Assembly (NCBI GenBank): GCA_017481265.1
Contig: JAFUPK010000066.1
Location: 1-44,605, forward strand
Direction of reading: 5' to 3'
Length of the DNA: 44,605 nucleotides
DNA from: Clostridia bacterium
GTDB taxonomy: Bacteria; Bacillota; Clostridia; Oscillospirales; CAG-272
Shown here: piece by piece, positions 35,613 to 42,078 of the stretch
Numbering within the stretch: the first letter of the stretch is position 1
Layout: the number at the start of each line of letters is the position of its first letter
Program-made: the position numbers and the translations under genes
The notes under the pieces: model-generated
Database searches by the model: none
Told to the model about the DNA's origin: nothing
What the model saw: only the letters and a program-made list of their open reading frames with translations

Positions 35613-35735
35613 ATGAAAGCCTTTGAGACTAATTTCAGAATTAACTCAATAACCCTGTTTTCACCGGTGATACTCTATTCTAAAGTAATCCGGGTATCTC
35701 TTACTTATCCTGTGGTGGAAAAAGACCGTATATAG
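35613..35735 (+). CDS. Possible 40-aa small ORF (MKAFETNFRINSITLFSPVILYSKVIRVSLTYPVVEKDRI) or remnant of a disrupted gene
   Basis: Consensus promoter TTGACA-17-TATAAT at 35544-35572 and GAAAGGAAG 8 nt before the ATG. The ORF stops 5 nt before repeat B2. Confidence 0.2.
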   Translation: MKAFETNFRINSITLFSPVILYSKVIRVSLTYPVVEKDRI

Positions 35736-35740
35736 TGTGT

Positions 35741-36035
35741 CTCAGGCCGCTGACAAAGGTCTTGCGCTGACAAAATGCACAAAAGTTTTGTGAGGGCCTT
35801 TTTTAAAAGGGCGCAGGGTCTTGGGACGGAGTCCCGAGTCGCGGCTACTTCGCTAAACGAAGTAGGACAGAGGGCGAAATTCTCCTTCTTCATCCAAAAA
35901 GCGACCCGCACCAAACGAAGTTTGGTGACGCACTTCGCGCAAGCGAACGTGCTGCAGCTCGCGCATCCCCTTTTACTTTTGATTTAGCCTTTGTTTAATT
36001 TGACAAACCCTGTGCTTTGGCACAGGGTTTGTCAT
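35741..36035 (+). repeat. Intergenic repeat family B, copy 2 (with an internal insertion of about 30 nt)
   Basis: See copy 1. Confidence 0.85.
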
Positions 36036-36036
36036 C

Positions 36037-36055
36037 TCGCGGAAGGAGAGATTTG
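36037..36055 (-). repeat. 19-nt direct repeat of the tRNA-Ser 3' end
   Basis: TCGCGGAAGGAGAGATTTG is identical at 36037-36055 and at 36260-36278, which is the tRNA 3' end. Confidence 0.85.
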
Positions 36056-36226
36056 GTCTGCGACCACTGACGTTTTATAGTCGACTCGCTCCCTCGCAGG
36101 CTCGGTCGTGACTCTCCTTAAAACGTCACTCGCTTTTACTCGCTTATTCCGCCACCGGCGGCGCTCGTAACGCTCCCTCTCTTGCCGGTGCCCGTCGTTC
36201 GGTTCAAATCTTCCGTTTTCAAAAAA

Positions 36227-36260
36227 ATAAAAGACACACGATCGTGTGTCTTTTATTTTT
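36227..36260. terminator. tRNA-Ser terminator
   Basis: Palindromic stem AAAAGACACACG/CGTGTGTCTTTT with A/T runs on both sides. Confidence 0.75.
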
Positions 36261-36349
36261 CGCGGAAGGAGAGATTTGAACTCTCGCGCCGGTCAACCCG
36301 ACCTACACCCTTAGCAGGGGCGCCTCTTCGGCCTCTTGAGTACTTCCGC
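36261..36349 (-). tRNA. tRNA-Ser (anticodon GCT)
   Basis: The reverse complement GCGGAAGTACTCAAGAGGCCGAAGAGGCGCCCCTGCTAAGGGTG...GAGAGTTCAAATCTCTCCTTCCGCG folds as a class II cloverleaf: 7-bp acceptor stem, anticodon loop CTGCTAA, long variable arm. CCA is not encoded. Confidence 0.9.
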
Positions 36350-36388
36350 AGAGCGCAGACACAGCCGTTTCAGAATGTCTGCCCGATT

Positions 36389-36417
36389 ATTATAATACAT
36401 CGTGCACCGTTTGTCAA
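36389..36417 (-). promoter_or_regulatory. tRNA-Ser promoter
   Basis: Minus strand TTGACA (36417-36412), 17-nt spacer, TATATA. Confidence 0.55.
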
Positions 36418-36539
36418 GACTTTTCTGAAATTATTTTACACTTTAACGATTTTCCTTTTTTCGGCGCCTATTGCCTTTTCACGCTTTATATAGTATAATT
36501 GTGAAAGATCATCAACCGAAAGAAAGGTATAACCGTATT

Positions 36540-37847
36540 ATGAAAAAAGGCAATACTATCGCACTTCTCCCCATCGGGGTATTCCTCGTGCTCTATCTCG
36601 GACTGGGCATCCTCTTTGAGTACGTGCTCAAGATTGGAATGGGGTTTTACAACATTCCCATAGTTGTTGTGTTCATGGTCGCTCTTCTTGCGGCGTGCCT
36701 TCAGAACAGAAGCCTCTCATTTGATGAGAAGCTTGCCGTCATGGGTCGTGGAGTCGGCGACAAGAACATCATTACCATGATACTTATATTCATCACTGCC
36801 GGAATCTTCGTTGGCGTAGTGGGCAGAAGCAGTGCAGAGAGCGTGGCGTACTTCATGCTTTCCGTAATTCCTCCCCGCTTTGCGGTAGCTGTGCTCTTTG
36901 TTGTTGCGTGCTTTGTATCCACCGCCATGGGTACCTCTGTCGGCACCATCACGCTTATCGTTCCCATCGCCGCTGCAGTATCGGATGCCTCGGGCTTTTC
37001 TCTTGCGCTTTGCGTGGGATCTGTAATCGGCGGCGCCATGTTCGGCGACAACCTTTCCTTCATTTCCGACACCACCATTGCCGCCTGCAACGGTCAGGGC
37101 TGTGCCATGAAGGACAAGTTCCGCGAGAATTTCAAGATCGCCTTTCCTGCGGCGCTCCTTTCCCTCGGCGTTATTATTGCGCTTTCCTTCGGGCAGGAGA
37201 TCGCCGGTGAGGTCTCGGCAGATTACGACCTTATTAAGATAATCCCCTACGTCCTCGTTCTCATCGGCGGTATTGCGGGAATCAACGTATTCGTCGTTCT
37301 CCTTTGCGGTATCGTTTCGGGAAGCATTATCATGCTTGCCACAGGCTCTCTCGGCGCAACGGAGCTTCTATCGTCTATGGGAAGCGGAGCTTCGGGAATG
37401 TTTGAGACCTCCATGGTGGCAGTGCTCGTTTCCGCCATCTGCGCACTTATCCGCGAGCACGGCGGATTTGACGCGCTTCTGTACCGCATCAGACGTATCT
37501 TCAAGGGACGCCGCGGCGGAATGCTCGGCATGGGACTTTTAGTCGGTGCTATGGATATCGCTACGGCGAACAACACCGTCGCCATCGTAATGGCGAATCC
37601 CATCGCCCGTGAGATGTCGGAGAACTACGGCATCAGCCCCAGAAAGAGTGCATCTATTCTCGACACCTTCTCCTGTATCTTCCAAGGGGTGATTCCCTAC
37701 GGTGCGCAGATGCTCGTTGCTTTGGCTGCTGTAAGCGAGCTTGAGCACACGCTGTCAGCCTTCGACATCATGCCCTACCTCATATACCCCGCGTTCCTGC
37801 TTGTTATGTCACTTGTGTTCATCTTCATTCCCGAAAAGAAGAAATGA
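36540..37847 (+). CDS. Na+/H+ antiporter NhaC family protein
   Basis: Polytopic membrane protein with GGAMFGDNLSFISDTTIAA and other NhaC-type blocks. Start moved to MKKGNT (ATG 36540), which follows AGAAAGG. Confidence 0.85.
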   Translation: MKKGNTIALLPIGVFLVLYLGLGILFEYVLKIGMGFYNIPIVVVFMVALLAACLQNRSLSFDEKLAVMGRGVGDKNIITMILIFITAGIFVGVVGRSSAESVAYFMLSVIPPRFAVAVLFVVACFVSTAMGTSVGTITLIVPIAAAVSDASGFSLALCVGSVIGGAMFGDNLSFISDTTIAACNGQGCAMKDKFRENFKIAFPAALLSLGVIIALSFGQEIAGEVSADYDLIKIIPYVLVLIGGIAGINVFVVLLCGIVSGSIIMLATGSLGATELLSSMGSGASGMFETSMVAVLVSAICALIREHGGFDALLYRIRRIFKGRRGGMLGMGLLVGAMDIATANNTVAIVMANPIAREMSENYGISPRKSASILDTFSCIFQGVIPYGAQMLVALAAVSELEHTLSAFDIMPYLIYPAFLLVMSLVFIFIPEKKK

Positions 37848-37969
37848 TGCAGATGAGGCTTGCACAAAAAACGTGACCTAAACTAAAAAGCTTAGCTTTC
37901 ACACAGTAAAGCTAAGCTTTTTTGCAGTTCAAAAACAGCGGGATTTAATTTTGCCGCAGGCAAAATGAA

Positions 37970-38881
37970 TCATTCAACGTCCTCAAGGACTTCCTCGGGA
38001 GGTGTGTCAAGGAGCCACGGGTCGCGGAGATAGCGGCGGATCTTCTTTAATGCCGCGGCGTAATAGAAGCCGTCGCAGATACGCTCATCCATGACCACCG
38101 TAAAGCCTACGTAGTCGTGGCGCTCAACTTCTCCGTCTGCGTTCATCTCATACTTCTTTTCCTTCGCTCCGAATGCGATGAACACGGGGCAGTTGCCGAA
38201 GTCGTAGAGGTGGTGGTAGATGGGCGGGATGCCGAGAGAGCCCATGGACGTGATGAACATGGACGCGTGGAAGGGGCTCAGCTTGGTGAGAAAGCGGGGA
38301 AGGAGACCAAGGTAGTCGATGAAGCGGAGCATCTTGATTGCAAGGAGCATTACAAAGCCGGGAAGCTTGTTCAAAACCTTGGCAGTGTCGTCGAAGGCAC
38401 CTCCGGGGTTGTCACGGTAGCCGTCGATCTCAGCCTGAAGAAGATCGTGGATCTGCGTGGGGGTCATGTCTGCCGTTGGCTCGATCTTGATTACCGTGTC
38501 GGGAGAGTCGAGAGTCATTTCCTTCTTGATGGTCAGCGCGACCTCGATGTTGTTGCGGGCGAAGACCTTGTGACCTGCGATGAATCGGTTGAGCGCGGGC
38601 ATCTGGGAGATGATCCTGACGTAGGTGGCGATTATAACGTGCATGAAGTTGAAGTTTTTGTAGCCTTCAGCCTTCTTTTCGCGGACGTACTTGTCGATCT
38701 GTGCTGTGTCAACGGAGTCGCGGATGCTGTTGAGCGCACCGATGCGGTTTTCCATGATGTAGATAGCGACGCGGGTCATGGGGGAGAGAGTGCGGATCCG
38801 TCTGCCCTCGGGGCGGTCTCCGAATCTGCGGCGGCGCTTCTTTGGCGCATTTTCACTTGATTTTGTCTTATCTTTAGCCAT
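37970..38881 (-). CDS. 2-oxoacid dehydrogenase E2 acyltransferase catalytic-domain-like protein, stand-alone, with the active-site His replaced
   Basis: CAT/E2-like C-terminal block VVMDERICDGFYYAAAL aligns with the E2 motif DHRxxDG. Basic N-terminus KKRRRRFGDRPEGRR. No lipoyl domain and no E1/E3 genes nearby. Confidence 0.65.
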   Translation of the reverse strand: MAKDKTKSSENAPKKRRRRFGDRPEGRRIRTLSPMTRVAIYIMENRIGALNSIRDSVDTAQIDKYVREKKAEGYKNFNFMHVIIATYVRIISQMPALNRFIAGHKVFARNNIEVALTIKKEMTLDSPDTVIKIEPTADMTPTQIHDLLQAEIDGYRDNPGGAFDDTAKVLNKLPGFVMLLAIKMLRFIDYLGLLPRFLTKLSPFHASMFITSMGSLGIPPIYHHLYDFGNCPVFIAFGAKEKKYEMNADGEVERHDYVGFTVVMDERICDGFYYAAALKKIRRYLRDPWLLDTPPEEVLEDVE

Positions 38882-38996
38882 AAATTTACCCGTTCATAAT
38901 AATTATTACTTATAATTTTAACATACCGACGTGAATTTGTAAACAGAAAGTGACAAAAAAGGACGAAAAATTGTTGATTTCTCAACTCCGGGGGAC

Positions 38997-39025
38997 TTGA
39001 CAAAGGGGAAGTGCCGATGTATAAT
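38997..39025 (+). promoter_or_regulatory. tRNA-Leu promoter
   Basis: TTGACA, 17-nt spacer, TATAAT. Confidence 0.6.
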
Positions 39026-39092
39026 ATCTATGCTGTAGTGAAAGGTAGCTATTACCTTGCGACTTTTCGCTTTTCACTATTGCTTCAAATAT

Positions 39093-39173
39093 GCGGGCGT
39101 GGCGGAATTGGCAGACGCGCCAGACTTAGGATCTGGTATCTTTGATGTGAAGGTTCAAGTCCTTTCGCCCGCA
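39093..39173 (+). tRNA. tRNA-Leu (anticodon TAG)
   Basis: GCGGGCGTGGCGGAATTGGCAGACGCGCCAGACTTAGGATCTGG...AAGGTTCAAGTCCTTTCGCCCGCA. The D-arm is typical of tRNA-Leu, the anticodon loop is CTTAGGA, and a variable arm is present. Confidence 0.9.
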
Positions 39174-39209
39174 AATCAAAAAAGACCGCTTGCGGTCTTT
39201 TTTGATTTG
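39172..39209 (+). terminator. tRNA-Leu terminator
   Basis: 18-bp stem CAAATCAAAAAAGACCGC/GCGGTCTTTTTTGATTTG starting inside the tRNA 3' end. Confidence 0.75.
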
Positions 39210-39311
39210 CGGAAGAGAAGCTCGAAGAAGCTTCCGCGAGTTGCCGGAAAGGCGGAAAGACAAAGGTAAACGAGACGCAACTCGACCTGCTTTGAGCTTG
39301 CTCAAAGTAGT

Positions 39312-39414
39312 AGGTTCGAAAGTCCTTTCGCCCGCAAATCAAAAAAGACCGCTTGCGGTCTTTTTTGATTTGCGGAAGAGAAGCTCGAAGAAGCTTCCGC
39401 GAGTTGCCGGGAAG
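39312..39414 (+). repeat. Direct repeat of about 100 bp copying the tRNA-Leu 3' end, its terminator and about 40 nt downstream
   Basis: 39312-39414 repeats 39151-39250. It is nearly identical from GTCCTTTCGCCCGCAAATC to GAGTTGCCGG. The T-loop part is degenerate (GGTTCGAAAGTCC versus GGTTCAAGTCC). Confidence 0.85.
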
Positions 39415-39551
39415 CCGTTAGTAACATTCGCCGCAAAAGAAAAGGCAGCTTTGCTCCGTAAAGAGTTGAATAATATTATTTTATATGCTATAATCTAATA
39501 AACAGCAAAGACTGAGTACCAACAGATCAAAACAGAAAGACAGGAAACAAT

Positions 39552-39959
39552 ATGAACATACTTATCATCGACGGGCAAGGGGGCAATATCGGCTCACGGC
39601 TGGTCAAGCAGATACTTGAACGTCTCCCCGAATGCAGTCTCCGTGCTGTCGGGACCAACAGCATCGCCACTGCAAATATGCTTAAAGCAGGTGCCGCAGA
39701 GGGTGCTACCGGTGAGAACGCCGCGAAGGTGGGCTGCCGCTGGGCTGACGTGATCGCAGGCCCCGTGGGTATCGTCATTGCAGATTCCCTTCTCGGAGAG
39801 GTGACTCCCAAAATGGCGGCTGCCGTTGGACAGAGCTCCGCTGTGCGCGTTCTCGTGCCCATGAACCGCTGTGAGACCTTGGTTGCAGGCGTCAGCGATA
39901 CCTCCGTCTCCGCGCTTATAGAGGATGCAGTAAAAAAGATCGCCTCTCTTGCAAGATAA
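39552..39959 (+). CDS. DUF3842 family protein
   Basis: MNILIIDGQGGNIGSRLVKQI N-terminus and a size typical of DUF3842. Promoter TTGAAT-17-TATAAT at 39466-39494. Confidence 0.6.
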   Translation: MNILIIDGQGGNIGSRLVKQILERLPECSLRAVGTNSIATANMLKAGAAEGATGENAAKVGCRWADVIAGPVGIVIADSLLGEVTPKMAAAVGQSSAVRVLVPMNRCETLVAGVSDTSVSALIEDAVKKIASLAR

Positions 39960-39962
39960 CTC

Positions 39963-39991
39963 TTGACAGAACGTCGGATGTCTGCTATACT
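39963..39991 (+). promoter_or_regulatory. Promoter of the ECF S-component leader
   Basis: TTGACA, 17-nt spacer, TATACT. Confidence 0.6.
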
Positions 39992-40061
39992 GAATAAGTC
40001 GCAGGAAGCGGCAATGTGAGCCGAAGCTCGAGATATAATATTTTAAACATACCTCAAAGGT

Positions 40062-40103
40062 ATCACCCTCTCTGAAGAGAGGTGATGCCTTATTTTATTT
40101 TTT
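40062..40103 (+). terminator. Leader (attenuator-type) terminator upstream of the ECF S-component gene
   Basis: Stem ATCACC(C)TCTCT/AGAGAGGTGAT followed by GCCTTATTTTATTTTTT. It ends 1 nt before the RBS AGGAG. Confidence 0.7.
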
Positions 40104-40114
40104 AGGAGACGATC

Positions 40115-40648
40115 ATGAAGAAAAACACCATTTTAAAGCTTACTTATTCCGCCATGTGCGTGGCTGTCGCTATAGTTCTCCCCCTCGTTACGGGAAACGT
40201 GCCGAGGATCGGAAATATGCTCTGTCCCATGCACATCCCCGTGCTTCTCTGCGGATTTCTCTGCGGTCCCGTGTGGGGACTTGCCGTCGGTGCAGTCTCT
40301 CCCATACTCAGAAGCATGATCTTCGGCGCTCCCGTCATGTTCCCCATGGCTGTGGCTATGGCGTTTGAGCTTGCCGCTTACGGCGCCGTGTCGGGGCTTC
40401 TGTACAAACGCCTTCCGAAGTCGGCGTGGAGCATTTACGCATCCCTTCTCTGTGCCATGGCGGCAGGACGTGTTCTTTGGGGTGCTGTGAGATTCGCTAT
40501 CGCGGGGCTTACCGAGACCGCTTTCCCCTTTTCGGCATTTGTTGCGGGAGCTGTCACAAACGCAGTACCCGGCATCGTGGTACAGCTTATCCTCATTCCC
40601 CTTGTAGTCGCCGCTCTTGAGCGTGCAAAGCTTATGCCGAATGAATGA
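40115..40648 (+). CDS. ECF transporter S component, substrate unknown
   Basis: 177-aa six-TM protein with LCPMHIPVLLCGFLCGP, typical of ECF S units. Preceded by a terminator-containing leader. Confidence 0.75.
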   Translation: MKKNTILKLTYSAMCVAVAIVLPLVTGNVPRIGNMLCPMHIPVLLCGFLCGPVWGLAVGAVSPILRSMIFGAPVMFPMAVAMAFELAAYGAVSGLLYKRLPKSAWSIYASLLCAMAAGRVLWGAVRFAIAGLTETAFPFSAFVAGAVTNAVPGIVVQLILIPLVVAALERAKLMPNE

Positions 40649-40786
40649 AAAGAGAATCCATCCGTTTTAAGCAGCGGATGGATTTTTGTTTGTCGGTGTT
40701 CCCGAAGCCCGGTCGTTGTTTTATACAAATACGGTATATGCACTTTGGCTATTCTGACAAAAAAGATGTGCTGCGATGAATCTGCA

Positions 40787-40815
40787 TTGACAGCTTGCAT
40801 AAACCGTGTTATAAT
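40787..40815 (+). promoter_or_regulatory. Promoter of the SLH gene at 40867
   Basis: TTGACA, 17-nt spacer, TGtTATAAT. Confidence 0.6.
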
Positions 40816-40866
40816 AAAACTGCAAAGGAAAACTTTGTAATATATATTTTTAAGGAGGAAACGGTT

Positions 40867-41775
40867 ATGAAGCGTTTCACAAGATTTTTTTCACTGATCC
40901 TCGCGCTTTGTATGGTTCTTCCCATGACTGTACTCGGTGCAGTTCCCGATTATAAGGATGTGCCGAAAGACCACTGGGCGTACGACAGCATAATGTCGCT
41001 TACCGAAAAGGGCATGGTCGAAGGTAAAGTTGCAGGTGTCCGCTTCGATCCTGAAGCACCCTTACGTAATACTGAACTGTTTATGACGCTCTATCGCCTC
41101 GCAGGTGAGCCAGAGGTAGTGCCTACCTTTGAATTCCGCGGGAATTTAAGTGACGAGGATATCATTAGCGGTAAGTATGGAATAGAGCTTGCCGGCGATG
41201 ATAAATACGGTACGTCTCATCTTCGCGGAAAATGGTATCGTGATGCAGCATTTTGGGCGGCGTATAACGGACTTCTGGTGGTTAATGTATGTACTGTAGG
41301 AAATAATTACGTAGAAGGAATGGGATCACATCGAGTTGGAAATGATAATTATTCTATGCCCGAGGTCGGTACCACATTTAATGATTATGATTGTTATTCT
41401 GTCTTAATAAACCTTGGGATCGATCTTGGGACCGATTATACAACAACCCGAACCGATATGATTGTAGCTTTGTATCTATACGTTACCGAATACCTCAAAA
41501 AGGAGATTGTTATTGATAACACTACAGAAACTTTCGAGGATAGCGCGAAAATTCCGGCAAACGTTATAGATATTTTTGAAAATTTATCTTCAACTCCGCT
41601 ATATATTTGGTTGGGTAATATTGGCGAAGAACACATCTGGGCAGACGCTTGGAACTGGGGAGTCGGCGCAGGCATCATCGAAGGCTACCCCGACAACACC
41701 CTCCGTCCCGCCGCTAATCTCACCCGCGCGGAATATGCCGAGATACTTGAGAGATTTATGGACTACGTAAAGTAA
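40867..41775 (+). CDS. SLH-domain-containing surface protein
   Basis: Signal peptide. N-terminal SLH (YKDVPKDHWAYDSIMSLTEKGMVEG) and C-terminal SLH (WNWGVGAGIIEGYPDNTLRPAANLTRAEYAEIL). Start moved to ATG 40867, which follows AAGGAGG. Confidence 0.75.
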   Translation: MKRFTRFFSLILALCMVLPMTVLGAVPDYKDVPKDHWAYDSIMSLTEKGMVEGKVAGVRFDPEAPLRNTELFMTLYRLAGEPEVVPTFEFRGNLSDEDIISGKYGIELAGDDKYGTSHLRGKWYRDAAFWAAYNGLLVVNVCTVGNNYVEGMGSHRVGNDNYSMPEVGTTFNDYDCYSVLINLGIDLGTDYTTTRTDMIVALYLYVTEYLKKEIVIDNTTETFEDSAKIPANVIDIFENLSSTPLYIWLGNIGEEHIWADAWNWGVGAGIIEGYPDNTLRPAANLTRAEYAEILERFMDYVK

Positions 41776-41803
41776 GATACAATTTTCCGCATACCTTTTT
41801 CCT

Positions 41804-41934
41804 CATACTTTTGTTGCGGAGCAACAAAAGTATGAAAGAAGCCAAGGATGTGAGCGATAGCGGAAGCAAGATACGCGAAGCGTTTCTTGGCGCACTTCGC
41901 GAAGCGAATGTGCTAACTTCGGCGCTTGAGATGG
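41804..41934 (+). repeat. Intergenic repeat family C, copy 2 (carries an extra B-like module)
   Basis: Hairpin CATACTTTTGTTGC-GGA-GCAACAAAAGTATG followed by AAGCCAAGGATGTGAGCGATAGCG ... GCACTTCGCGAAGCGAATGTGCT ... ACTTCGGCGC. Confidence 0.75.
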
Positions 41935-41965
41935 TTTCTTTCACAATTTTCGCCATACGATATAC

Positions 41966-42018
41966 CCCGCGCGGAATATGCCGAGATACTCGAAAGATTT
42001 ATGGACTACGTGAAGTAA
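41966..42018 (+). repeat. Displaced duplicate of the last 17 codons plus stop of the SLH gene
   Basis: The 53 bp match 41723-41775 with three mismatches. Confidence 0.85.
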
Positions 42019-42031
42019 ATAACACAAAAAA

Positions 42032-42070
42032 CTGCTCGCTTTCCTTTAAAGAAAGCGGGCAGCTTTTTTA
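42032..42070. terminator. Bidirectional terminator shared by the SLH gene tail and glnN
   Basis: Stem CTGCTCGCTTTC/GAAAGCGGGCAG followed by CTTTTTTA. Confidence 0.7.
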
Positions 42071-42078
42071 TCGTAATC

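Noticed and set aside
36150-36225. GGTTCAAATC (T-loop-like) on the plus strand, suggesting a second tRNA between the tRNA-Ser repeats.
   Set aside because: The flanking bases do not form a T-stem, acceptor stem or anticodon arm in either orientation.
39151-39414. Whether the repeat-spacer-repeat layout near tRNA-Leu is a CRISPR array.
   Set aside because: There are only two repeat copies, each about 100 bp and containing a tRNA fragment and a terminator, and there are no cas genes.
39057-39498. Three ORFs (70-102 aa) around tRNA-Leu.
   Set aside because: They read through the tRNA, its terminator and the 100-bp duplication, so they are artefacts.
40003-40020. GUCGCAG in the ECF leader, which is reminiscent of preQ1-I riboswitch loops.
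   Set aside because: There is no matching P1 stem or A-rich tail in register. The similarity is too short to mean anything.
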